DNA of 64,000 nucleotides from an uncultured Lachnospiraceae bacterium (GCA_948470755.1 CAOKPU010000006.1:7723-71722); one strand, 5' to 3'. Positions 8,224 through 17,266 are shown, numbered from the stretch's first letter. Numbers and translations are program-made. The notes: generated by a model from the sequence alone, not told the origin.

Positions 8224-9821
8224 ATGAGGAAAGGCAGGGACAGCAAAATGTCTGACATAATAACCAAAAAAGTGGCAATTTATTGCCGTGTATCAACACA
8301 GGAACAGGCGGAGGAAGGTTATTCCCTGGAAGAGCAGCAGCGTCTAATCCGTGAATACTGTGTAAACCATCACATGGAGGTTGTGAAAGTATATCAGGAT
8401 GCAGGAATCAGCGGCAAAGATATCCGGCACAGGCCAGCCATGCAGCAGTTATTAGAGGACGTTTCCAAAAAAGAATTTGATTTGGTCATGAGCTGGAAGA
8501 TTAACCGAATCAGCCGGAAATTATCGGACGCAATCAAAATCGTGGAGACATTAGAAAAATATGGAATCAGCTACCAGTCCTATTCAGAACCTTTTGAATC
8601 CAGTACACCAGCCGGAAAAATGCAGTTCCAGATGATGGCGTTGGTGGGAGAATTTGAGAGGAATACCATTGCCCAGAATGTAAAAATGGGAATGAGGGCA
8701 AAGGCTGTGTCCGGGGAATGGTGCAGAGGGATTCCGCCTTTTGGGTATCACTGGACAGCAATGGAAGGGACAGAAAATCATGGAAGAAGAAAATCAAGGC
8801 TGGAGGTAGTAGAAAGAGAAGCAGAGGCAGTGCGGCTTATCTTTCAGCTCTATGCGTCTGGAAAGGGATATAAGGCGATTGTAGGCAGGATTAACAAACG
8901 GGGATACCGGACAAAGAAGGATAACGCTTTTTCTGTGGCACAGATAAAAACAATCCTGACAAATCCGGTATATATTGGGAAAGTAAGGTATGATGTAAGG
9001 AGGGACTGGAACGAAAAACGAAGGAAAAATATCAACCCGAATCCCATTATTGCAGATGGAAAACATGAAGCAATCATATCAGAAGAATTATGGGAACAGG
9101 TTCAGTTTATGATTTCCCAGAAGAGTGGAAAACCAGCCAGAATCTATGACGGGGAATATCCGCTGACAGGTATCCTGAAATGCCCGGAGTGCGGCGCAGG
9201 CATGGTAATTTCCAGGACAACGAACAGAATCAAAGACGGCAGTAAAAGAAGGATTACCTATTATGCCTGTGGAAACTGGAAAAATAAAGGCACTGCTGTC
9301 TGCCACGGCAACATGATACGGGTGGAAAAGGCAAATGCCTTCGTGTACCATCAACTGGATAAGCTGTTAAGTGATGAAAAATTTTTTAAAGAGGTGGCAG
9401 GCAGAGTAAAGAACTCTATGAGGACGGCGAGATTTCCAGGGATGAATTTATAACCCGCAGAGAAGAACTGAACCGGCAGATTTGTGAGCTTCAAGAGAAA
9501 CAGACGGAAACATCCATGGCGATCTTGGAAGAAGGGAAGAAAGAAATTCCACAGGAAACTATCCGGGAGATATTAAAAAATTTCAGCAGGATTTTATCCG
9601 GCGACATTGACCAAACCATCCGAAAACGGCTGCTGCACCTTTTGATTACAGAGATAACAATCGACCAATACAGGAACATTGATTCCATAAAATTAAAATT
9701 ATCGGATGAACTGGTTCAGTTCTTACAGGGCTATGACGGCACACCCCCAGACGGTGCGCCGTCTGTTTTTATGTTTGGGAGATTGGGGATTAAGACCATG
9801 GATTTGGAGCTTGTGATTTGA
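8224..9821 (+). pseudogene. Large serine recombinase, apparently split by a frameshift near 9390-9415
   Basis: It has a resolvase-type N-terminus (VAIYCRVSTQEQ) and a recombinase domain with a zinc ribbon (CPECGAGM...YYACGNW...CHG). Frame 1 stops at 9453. The expected continuation (ELYEDGEISRDEFITRREELNRQ...) is open in another frame from 9390 to 9821. Confidence 0.85.
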
Positions 9822-9850
9822 AGAATAAAAATGAGAAAGAGGATAAAAAG

Positions 9851-10423
9851 ATGATGACAAACAATCTGAATCAGTATATTAGGGTGGAATATGAAAAGTT
9901 AAAGACAGAGACGGAGCAGAGGGAGTTTGTGGAAAAATTCCGCTTTTTGATGATGGCAAAGGATAACGCTTTTTCCGATTACTATTCGAACCGTAACCTG
10001 ACAAAAGCAGAATTTTACTCCGTTGCGGATACCGTTTATGACTTGAACAATCTCTGGATGCTGTCCGGATTTATCCGCCAGAACCGGCAGGTCTTGTTCC
10101 AGGAGATTCAAACCAGTATGGACGGCCTGAAAAGACCAGATTTCACGGAAACCTGCAAGTTTGGAAAAGATACCATGCTGTCAAGAATGTTCCAGGTCAT
10201 GGAGAATTTTCGTTTCAATGACTGTATGGTGGCAGAGGGTACGGGATTGGGCTATAGCGTGGCAACCCGGAGGATGAAGGCATACGCATTTACCACAAAG
10301 AGCGGAAAAAATGTGCCGCAGATAATCTTACAGGGGAACTGGGTGGAACAGTGGGGATTTGAGGCCGGGTGCAGTGTCTCTGTGGAGTGCTATCAGAATA
10401 AACTGGTGATTTTGAAAGACTAG
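9851..10423 (+). CDS. Protein with an unknown ~140-aa N-terminal domain fused to a SymE/AbrB-like C-terminal domain
   Basis: The C-terminus (..RRMKAYAFTTKSGKNVPQIILQGNWVEQWGFEAGCSVSVECYQNKLVILK) resembles the SymE toxin / SpoVT-AbrB fold signature. The ATG is at 9851, and the ORF-track start at 9818 is a TTG. Confidence 0.55.
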   Translation: MMTNNLNQYIRVEYEKLKTETEQREFVEKFRFLMMAKDNAFSDYYSNRNLTKAEFYSVADTVYDLNNLWMLSGFIRQNRQVLFQEIQTSMDGLKRPDFTETCKFGKDTMLSRMFQVMENFRFNDCMVAEGTGLGYSVATRRMKAYAFTTKSGKNVPQIILQGNWVEQWGFEAGCSVSVECYQNKLVILKD

Positions 10424-10456
10424 GAGAAAAACTCCAAAAGACAGGTTCCATGCTTA

Positions 10457-10485
10457 TTGTAATTTGCCGGAAGGCTGTGTATAAT
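10457..10485 (+). promoter_or_regulatory. Sigma-70-like promoter upstream of the Rpn-type gene
   Basis: TTGTAA (10457-10462), a 17-nt spacer, then TATAAT (10480-10485). Confidence 0.45.
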
Positions 10486-10551
10486 AAGAATAGAAGAATA
10501 CAAAGCTTTCCGGCAGTATTTATGTTAGTTAGGAAGAAAGCAGGTAGATAA

Positions 10552-11349
10552 ATGGAAAACATAGAAGCAAAGCAGCCAAAATGGGAAGAATTAGGTATAT
10601 CCAATGACTTTTTATTCGGAAAGGTCATGCAGAATTCAGAATTGTGTAAAGAGTTGTTACAGAGGATTCTTCCAGATTTGGAGATTGAGCGTATTGAGTA
10701 CCCGGAATTGCAGAAGGCAATTAAAGAGGACTATGAAGCAAAAGGTATCCGTTTGGATGTGTATATAAATGATGGAAAGGGCACTGTATATGATATCGAA
10801 ATGCAATCGGTTACATCTAAATATTTACCAAGGAGAAGCAGATATTACCAGAGTATGATAGATTTACAGTTAGTAGATAAAGGGCAGGATTATGATACCT
10901 TGAATAATAGTTATATTATCTTTATCTGCCTGTCGGACTTATTTGGAAAAGGCCGTTATCTGTACACCTTTGAGAATATCTGCAAAGAAGATTCGGAGGT
11001 CATGCTGAATGATGGGACAAAGAAATTATTTCTAAATGCAGATGGAAAGAATGGGGCAGTAAGCGGGGAATTAAAAGCGTTTTTAGATTATGTGGCAGGG
11101 ATACCATCAGAAGATACATTTGTGAAGAAACTTGAGTATGCTGTGGAGAAGGCAAAGCAGAACCGGGAATGGAGGCGTGAGTATATGACGTTGTTAATGC
11201 GTGATAAAGAGAATCAAAAAATCGGAGAAAAAAAGCTGGCTAAACTGATAATGTTATTAAATAAGGATAATCGGTTAACTGATATTGTCAAAGTTTCACA
11301 AGATGAAGAATACCGCCAAAAACTTTATATAGAATACCATATTATCTAA
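10552..11349 (+). CDS. Rpn-family recombination-promoting nuclease / PD-(D/E)XK putative transposase
   Basis: The N-terminus ..NDFLFGKVMQNSELCKELLQRIL.. and ..IRLDVYINDGKGTVYDIEMQ.. are typical of the YhgA/Rpn PD-(D/E)XK family. Confidence 0.8.
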   Translation: MENIEAKQPKWEELGISNDFLFGKVMQNSELCKELLQRILPDLEIERIEYPELQKAIKEDYEAKGIRLDVYINDGKGTVYDIEMQSVTSKYLPRRSRYYQSMIDLQLVDKGQDYDTLNNSYIIFICLSDLFGKGRYLYTFENICKEDSEVMLNDGTKKLFLNADGKNGAVSGELKAFLDYVAGIPSEDTFVKKLEYAVEKAKQNREWRREYMTLLMRDKENQKIGEKKLAKLIMLLNKDNRLTDIVKVSQDEEYRQKLYIEYHII

Positions 11350-11366
11350 GATAATATTATGCGATT

Positions 11367-11377
11367 TTTCGCACTTA
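11367..11377. repeat. Right terminal inverted repeat TTTCGCACTTA
   Basis: It is the perfect reverse complement of 5214-5224. Confidence 0.6.
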
Positions 11378-11387
11378 GATACGTTAT

Positions 11388-11408
11388 GGGGAGCCGTATC
11401 ATAAATAA
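11388..11408. repeat. Right direct repeat (attR-like) GGGGAGCCGTATCATAAATAA
   Basis: It matches 5196-5216 at 20/21 positions and would encode the same GEPYHK-stop ending as rlmH. Confidence 0.85.
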
Positions 11409-11427
11409 AAAGGGCATGTTCCCCGGA

Positions 11428-11460
11428 GGGTTTGCTTCCATCGCAAAGCCTTTCTTTTTT
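11428..11460 (+). terminator. Likely native rlmH terminator, displaced ~6.2 kb by the insertion
   Basis: GGGTTTGC-loop-GCAAAGCC (one mismatch) is followed by TTTCTTTTTT, starting 20 nt after the right repeat. Confidence 0.5.
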
Positions 11461-11566
11461 ATACTCTATAGCAGCAAGGCTTTTTTATGGAATGAAAAAA
11501 ACGTCCGGCAGGGGAGGAATAGCAGAAAAGTAGTATTCTTTGGCAAAACGGAACATATATTATTCC

Positions 11567-11872
11567 ATGATGAGAAACAAAAAATTAACCGGAAAACAGA
11601 AACTGGAAAGAAGAAAAGAAATCATCGTGGAATCCTTAAAGCTCCCAAAAGATTCCATGCTGGGGGCTTCTATTGTCACAGTGACAGGGAACAGGGACGC
11701 TTTTGTGGAAAATTATAAAGGGATTCTGGAATATTCGCCGGAAGCGATCGTGCTGCAGGGAAAAACGTGCCAAATCAGCATTTTAGGAAAAAAAATGTCG
11801 ATCGATTATTATACGAACGAAGACATGAAAATTACAGGAAATATTGAATGCGTCCGCTATCATAACGGATAA
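11567..11872 (+). CDS. yqfC: Sporulation protein YqfC
   Basis: It is a YabP/YqfC-type small protein (..ASIVTVTGNRDAFVENYKGILEYSPEAIVL..) lying directly upstream of yqfD. The ATG is at 11567 within ORF 11540..11872. Confidence 0.8.
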   Translation: MMRNKKLTGKQKLERRKEIIVESLKLPKDSMLGASIVTVTGNRDAFVENYKGILEYSPEAIVLQGKTCQISILGKKMSIDYYTNEDMKITGNIECVRYHNG

Positions 11873-11940
11873 AGGGATTCTGATGCAAGCGGCAGGGGGA
11901 GAGCATGGGTTTGGCAATGAAGGGTAAGAGGGGATAAGAT

Positions 11941-13239
11941 ATGCTTCAGTTCATACAATATTTGAAAGGTTATGTCACTATTATGGTATGGGGATATTCC
12001 CCGGAGCGGTTTATGAACCTATGCAGCAATCATGATATTCTTCTCTGGAATATCGAAAGCCATGGGGAATATTACACCATGTGCATTACGGTGAAAGGAT
12101 TTAAAAAACTAAAAGGGATTGTAAAGAAAACAGGAACAAAGGTGGCCATACAAAAGCGTTGCGGACTGCCTTTTTTTGTGCCTAAGATGAAAAGAAGGAA
12201 GATTTTCCTGATAGGCCTGGCCGGAAGCCTGATTTTCTGGATGTGGATGTCCACATTTATCTGGGCGGTGGATATTACCGGGAATTACTCGGTTTCTGAA
12301 GATATTTTCATGGATTTCCTAATGGAAAATGATATTTATGTAGGAATGAAAAGGAAAAAAGTAAATATTGAAGAGTTGGAAAAGAAAATACGGCAGGATT
12401 TTGAGATCGTAACCTGGACTTCGGCCAAAATAGACGGGACCCGTTTGGAAATCCAGGTGCGGGAAAACGAAGTGGGCGGGAATCCTGAAGTTGAGGGGAA
12501 AAAAGAGGACCGGATGGAAACGGAACTGGAAAAGGGCGGAGCCGGTTCCGATCTGGTTGCGGAAGAAGACGGGGTAATCGTAAGCATGGTTACGAGGCAG
12601 GGGGTGCCTCAGGTCAGCATAGGCATGGAAGTCAAAAAAGGGGATATATTGGTTTCCGGCAGCGTGCCTGTCTATAATGAAGACGCTACCGTAAAATTTT
12701 ATCAGTATTATGACGCGGATGCCGATATCTACATACGCAGGCAGTTAAAATACAAAGAGGAACTTCCGCTTCATTATGAAAAGAAGGAATATACAGGAGA
12801 AGAGAAAAAGGAAATGGTATTTGCCGTTATGGATAAAGACTTTGTATTTCGTCTTGGAAAAATAAATTATGAAAATTTTGATAAAGTCACGGATAAAAAG
12901 CAGTTAAAGCTTTTGAAAAATTTTTATCTTCCGCTTTATTTTGGCAGCAGCATAAACAGGGAATATGTGTGGAAGGATAATATTTATACGAAAGAAGAGG
13001 TAAAAACGATATTTTCTGAAAAATTAATAAAATATATCGCTGGTTTGGAGGAAAAAGGGGTACAAATAATTAAAAAAAATGTTACAATAAATAAGAATCA
13101 GAAAAAATGGCAAATGAATATGGATTTCCAGATTGTGGAGAAAACAGGAAAAAGCGTGGCGGCGCCGCCGAAGATGACGACGGAAGAGATATCGGAAAAA
13201 GAAGAAGGGGAAATAGCGGTGCAGCAGCCAGAGGATTAA
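11941..13239 (+). CDS. yqfD: Sporulation protein YqfD
   Basis: The N-terminus MLQFIQYLKGYVTIMVWGYSPERFMNLC is typical of YqfD, there is a single TM helix, and it occupies the conserved position between yqfC and phoH. Confidence 0.8.
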   Translation: MLQFIQYLKGYVTIMVWGYSPERFMNLCSNHDILLWNIESHGEYYTMCITVKGFKKLKGIVKKTGTKVAIQKRCGLPFFVPKMKRRKIFLIGLAGSLIFWMWMSTFIWAVDITGNYSVSEDIFMDFLMENDIYVGMKRKKVNIEELEKKIRQDFEIVTWTSAKIDGTRLEIQVRENEVGGNPEVEGKKEDRMETELEKGGAGSDLVAEEDGVIVSMVTRQGVPQVSIGMEVKKGDILVSGSVPVYNEDATVKFYQYYDADADIYIRRQLKYKEELPLHYEKKEYTGEEKKEMVFAVMDKDFVFRLGKINYENFDKVTDKKQLKLLKNFYLPLYFGSSINREYVWKDNIYTKEEVKTIFSEKLIKYIAGLEEKGVQIIKKNVTINKNQKKWQMNMDFQIVEKTGKSVAAPPKMTTEEISEKEEGEIAVQQPED

Positions 13240-13264
13240 ATGAGGATTTTCATACACGAAAAAA

Positions 13265-14320
13265 ATGGAAGTAAAAAAGGGAAACAGGCAGGGATTTTTT
13301 ATGGACTTTACAGAACGCCATATTGATATTCCGGCGGAATATATGCAAAATATATTCGGGTATTATGACAATTATATCCGGAAGATTGAAAATGATCTTA
13401 ATGTAACAATCGTGGATCGGAACGGGGCCGTGAAGATTACAGGGACAGGGCGCGCAGTACGGCAGGCGGAGAACATCGTGCGCCAATTGACGGAATTGTC
13501 GAAGAGAGGGAATACGATCGGGGAACAGAATGTGGATTATGCGATTATGATGGAAAGGGAAGAAAAAGAGAACGTATTAGTTGAAATGGATGAGGAATGT
13601 ATTTGCCATACGGTGACCGGAAAGCCCATCAAGCCCAAAACCCTTGGGCAGAAACGGTATGTGGATGCTATGAAAAAACATATGATTGTCTTCGGGCTCG
13701 GGCCGGCGGGAACAGGAAAGACTTATCTCGCAATGGCAATGGCGATCATGGCCTTTAAGAAAGAGGAAGTAGGGCGGATTATACTGACGAGGCCTGCTAT
13801 TGAAGCAGGGGAAAAGCTTGGTTTTCTGCCGGGGGATTTACAAAGCAAAGTGGATCCTTATTTGAGGCCTTTATACGATGCGCTTTATCAGATTATGGGC
13901 GCAGACAGTTTCACCAGGAATATGGAAAAGGGGCTGATAGAGGTTGCCCCGTTGGCATATATGCGTGGGCGGACGTTGGATAATGCGTTTATTATTCTGG
14001 ATGAGGCCCAGAATACGACGCCGGCCCAGATGAAAATGTTTTTGACCCGTATCGGTTTTGGTTCAAAGGTTATTGTAACCGGCGACAGTTCTCAGAAAGA
14101 TCTGGCGCCGGGAGTAAAATCGGGGTTGGATATTGCAGTGCAGGTGTTAAGCAAGATTGAAGACATTGCTTTTTGCAGCTTATCGAGCAAGGATGTGGTA
14201 AGACATCCATTGGTGCAGAAAATCGTTATGGCTTACGAAGATTTTGAAAAATCAGCTTTGAAAAAGCAAAACAGGGTAAGGGAGAAAGCCGGCCGCAGGA
14301 AAGAAGACCGAAGAAAATAG
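13265..14320 (+). CDS. phoH: PhoH-family ATPase
   Basis: It has a Walker A motif (GPAGTGKT) and ILDEAQN. The start could alternatively be 13301. Confidence 0.85.
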   Translation: MEVKKGNRQGFFMDFTERHIDIPAEYMQNIFGYYDNYIRKIENDLNVTIVDRNGAVKITGTGRAVRQAENIVRQLTELSKRGNTIGEQNVDYAIMMEREEKENVLVEMDEECICHTVTGKPIKPKTLGQKRYVDAMKKHMIVFGLGPAGTGKTYLAMAMAIMAFKKEEVGRIILTRPAIEAGEKLGFLPGDLQSKVDPYLRPLYDALYQIMGADSFTRNMEKGLIEVAPLAYMRGRTLDNAFIILDEAQNTTPAQMKMFLTRIGFGSKVIVTGDSSQKDLAPGVKSGLDIAVQVLSKIEDIAFCSLSSKDVVRHPLVQKIVMAYEDFEKSALKKQNRVREKAGRRKEDRRK

Positions 14321-14372
14321 GAATCTCCAAATAGAAACCAGACAGGCTGGGGAAAGGGACATAGAACGGAAG

Positions 14373-14876
14373 ATGACATCATATGTAGAAAATGAAACCG
14401 GAACGATTTTTTCTTTTGATGGACAAAAAGTGGCAAGGCAGGTTATGGAAGCAGTTCTGGAAATGGAGGGCTGCCCTTATGAGGCTTCTATTAATGTGCT
14501 TTTAACGGATAATGACGGGATCAGGAAATATAATAGGCGCTACCGTGGGATCGATCAGGCAACGGATGTGCTTTCTTTCCCGAATATAGAATACAATGTA
14601 CCGGCGGGCTTTTCCGTTTTAAAGGATAAGGAAGCGGATTGCTTTGATCTGGACAGCGGCGAATTAGTGCTGGGCGATATTATTTTGTCTGTGGACAAGG
14701 TAAAGGAACAGGCGGATAGGTATGGACACAGCCAGCTTAGGGAATTTGCCTTTTTAGTTACCCATAGTATGCTCCATCTTTGCGGCTATGACCATATGGA
14801 AGAAGAGGATGCGGGGGTTATGGAAGAAAAGCAGGATTATATCTTAGGACAATTAGGGATTACAAGAGAAAAATAA
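14373..14876 (+). CDS. ybeY: rRNA maturation endoribonuclease YbeY
   Basis: It carries the HSMLHLCGYDH metal-binding motif. Confidence 0.9.
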   Translation: MTSYVENETGTIFSFDGQKVARQVMEAVLEMEGCPYEASINVLLTDNDGIRKYNRRYRGIDQATDVLSFPNIEYNVPAGFSVLKDKEADCFDLDSGELVLGDIILSVDKVKEQADRYGHSQLREFAFLVTHSMLHLCGYDHMEEEDAGVMEEKQDYILGQLGITREK

Positions 14877-14895
14877 AAATGAGGAACATCAGGAT

Positions 14896-16545
14896 ATGAA
14901 GCAGAAATCAAAAATAAAAGGAACGGGCAGGGGAAAGAGAAGGGAATGGATGTTGGCGGCCGGGCTGATCGTCTATTTGATAATGTTTATCCTCCGAATC
15001 CCTTTAGTCCGTATGATAGGGGATAAAGGGCTCGGCTTTTTTTCCGCAGGAATGGAAATATTTGCAGTGGCCAGCGCAGTGTTTTGCTATGGCGTTTCAA
15101 AGGCGGTGGCGATACTGGTAAAGTATAGGGCGAAAAGGGAGATGTTTAAAAGCGCAAGGAAGGTATACAGGAACGCTTTGTTTGTTACATTATTAGCATG
15201 CGTGTTGATGGCCTTGTTCCTGTTTTTTTTCTCAGAGTTTATTGCAGAGACGCTTTTACTGGAATATATGAGTTATCTTTCCATTGCGGCTGTAGCCCCT
15301 GCAGTTTTGCTGTCAGGGATTTTAGGAGTAATGAGAGGATATTTGCAGGGGATGGGGGCCATGACTCCTACGGTGCATTCAAGGCTTTTGGAAAAATTAA
15401 TTATGTTTGTTGTATGCCTTCTTCTGGCAACGACATTATCCGCATATGGAAAAAAGGTAGCGGCTTTGCTCAGGAATACGGAATATGCGGCGGCATATGG
15501 GGCGATGGGTGCAGCAATGGGGGTTTCGATAGCTTGTGGATTCGGGTTGGCATATCTGTTATTGATCCGGCTGATTTATGCGGGGACATTTAAACAGCAG
15601 TTGGAAAACGATACTGCCAAATATGTAGAATCCAGTGGGCAGATCAGTTCGCTCTTTCTTTCCACGGGGCTTCCCTATATATTGTGCGCATTGCTTTATA
15701 ATATGAATTATCTGGCGGAGCAGAGGATCTTTAATTACGCCATGAATAAGCAGGAGAAAGGAAGCTTAAGAGTGGCGCATTGGGGTATTTATTACGGGAA
15801 GTATAGTGTAGTAGTGGGCATTGCGGCCATCATCTGTACATTGGCTGCGGTTTATGGGATGCCCAAGATTGCCCAGATGTATGACAAACAGGAATATGGG
15901 GAAGTAAAATACCGGATAGGGAACATTGTACATAATCTGGCTGTTTTGACAATCCCATTTGCCGTGTGGACGGCAATGCTTGCCAAGCCGATCGTAGGAA
16001 TGTTGTTTACCGGGGATCAGAATACGGCTGTCAAACTGTTGCAGACCGGTTCGTGCATTATCGTATTTTTCCCGTTTGCTTATTTTTTCATGTCGCTGCT
16101 GCAGAGGATGAGGAAGATAAAGATAGTGATCATGGGAGGCCTGGCGGCTTTTATTAGCCACTTGATCTTTCTGCTTGTCCTGATCAGCGTTACAAAGCTG
16201 GGGATCCAGGCAGTGGTTTTGGGTTTGTTGGTATTCTGGGCAGCGGTTTGTGTCATAGGCTTTATTGGAGTGATGCGGTATACCCAGTTTGTTCCGGAAT
16301 GGATACGTACTTTTGGGATAACGGTAATTTCCGCGGGGGTCTCCGGGTTAGCTGGAATGCTCCTTAGTAAAGCCATGCTGTCCTGGGCGGGGAATATAAT
16401 AACGTTTTTCGTGTGCTTTTTAATCTGTGCGGTTATTTATCTCGTATTGATGATATTGTTAAAAGGGATCAGGGAAGATGAGCTGGAAGATATGCCCGGG
16501 GGAAGGGTCCTGGCTGCCTTGGCGGAGAAGATGCATCTGCTATAA
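14896..16545 (+). CDS. MOP-superfamily polytopic membrane protein (polysaccharide biosynthesis / SpoVB-like flippase)
   Basis: It has about 14 predicted TM segments across 549 aa. The family was assigned from overall architecture only. Confidence 0.6.
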   Translation: MKQKSKIKGTGRGKRREWMLAAGLIVYLIMFILRIPLVRMIGDKGLGFFSAGMEIFAVASAVFCYGVSKAVAILVKYRAKREMFKSARKVYRNALFVTLLACVLMALFLFFFSEFIAETLLLEYMSYLSIAAVAPAVLLSGILGVMRGYLQGMGAMTPTVHSRLLEKLIMFVVCLLLATTLSAYGKKVAALLRNTEYAAAYGAMGAAMGVSIACGFGLAYLLLIRLIYAGTFKQQLENDTAKYVESSGQISSLFLSTGLPYILCALLYNMNYLAEQRIFNYAMNKQEKGSLRVAHWGIYYGKYSVVVGIAAIICTLAAVYGMPKIAQMYDKQEYGEVKYRIGNIVHNLAVLTIPFAVWTAMLAKPIVGMLFTGDQNTAVKLLQTGSCIIVFFPFAYFFMSLLQRMRKIKIVIMGGLAAFISHLIFLLVLISVTKLGIQAVVLGLLVFWAAVCVIGFIGVMRYTQFVPEWIRTFGITVISAGVSGLAGMLLSKAMLSWAGNIITFFVCFLICAVIYLVLMILLKGIREDELEDMPGGRVLAALAEKMHLL

Positions 16546-16633
16546 GTATGCAGGCATTTTTCTTTTACGCGCAGCGCGCATCCGAATAAGATTGTAAAAT
16601 TTGGCTGATACTGTTTACAAAGGAGAATGGGAA

Positions 16634-17266
16634 ATGAAATTTGTAAAACGTATCAGTCTATTTTTTATTTTACCGATGGGAATGTATGCCTTTGGTTTTT
16701 ATTCCCATATGAAACTGCAGGAAGAGTTCTATCCGGGAAAGTTCGCCCGGACAGAAAGTGAGGAAAGGAATGCTGCGGCCAGTGAGAGTCCGCAAATTAT
16801 CCCTGCTGCTATAGAGGAGGAGCAGGTGATCAGCGCAGATACCCAGTATATTATTGAAGAAGTGGATTTGAAAAAGGATACTTCGGTAGAAACAAAATGG
16901 AGGGTCCCGGATAAATATATCGGTATGAATAGACAGCAGTTTATAAAGGAAATGGAGCTGTATCAGCAATCCCCCTCGTTAAAAGATCAGGAGCTGGGGT
17001 TTGTCAGCGCGGAAGTGGTTTCCTTTTCCCAAAGGAGGGTGGTGGTACGTAAGAGCTATATTTTTAAAGAGGTATGCACCAGCTTTTATTTAGTGAATGA
17101 GAAAAATTATGTGGTGGTATATTGTGATGACTTGAGGACGGTTTATATGAATACGAATATTACGCTGGATTCTTTGCCGGATACATTAAAGCAGGAGATA
17201 ATACAAAATAAATATATAGCAACGGAAGAAGAGTTGTACAATTTTTTGGAATCCTACTCCAGTTAA
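16634..17266 (+). CDS. Hypothetical membrane-anchored protein
   Basis: The ATG at 16634 follows AGGAGA, and there is an N-terminal TM helix. No domain was recognised. Confidence 0.5.
   Translation: MKFVKRISLFFILPMGMYAFGFYSHMKLQEEFYPGKFARTESEERNAAASESPQIIPAAIEEEQVISADTQYIIEEVDLKKDTSVETKWRVPDKYIGMNRQQFIKEMELYQQSPSLKDQELGFVSAEVVSFSQRRVVVRKSYIFKEVCTSFYLVNEKNYVVVYCDDLRTVYMNTNITLDSLPDTLKQEIIQNKYIATEEELYNFLESYSS

Larger units (their letters stand above)
5196..11408. mobile_element. SCC-like integrative element inserted at the 3' end of rlmH (6,192 bp repeat to repeat)
   Basis: Evidence includes the direct repeats at both ends, 11-bp inverted repeats just inside them, an internal large serine recombinase, visibly AT-richer sequence, and mobile-element-type cargo. 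A terminator-like hairpin immediately follows the right repeat. Confidence 0.75.

Noticed and set aside
11359-11718. A 119-aa ORF running across the right direct repeat.
   Set aside because: It starts inside the element, crosses the attR-like repeat and the terminator hairpin, and overlaps the yqfC start. It has no RBS and its sequence is low-complexity.
15198-15593. Alternative-frame ORFs inside the MOP-family membrane protein gene (15198..15593 +, 15966..16157 +).
   Set aside because: They are embedded in the same strand of a long, coherent membrane-protein ORF, and they have no RBS and no motifs.
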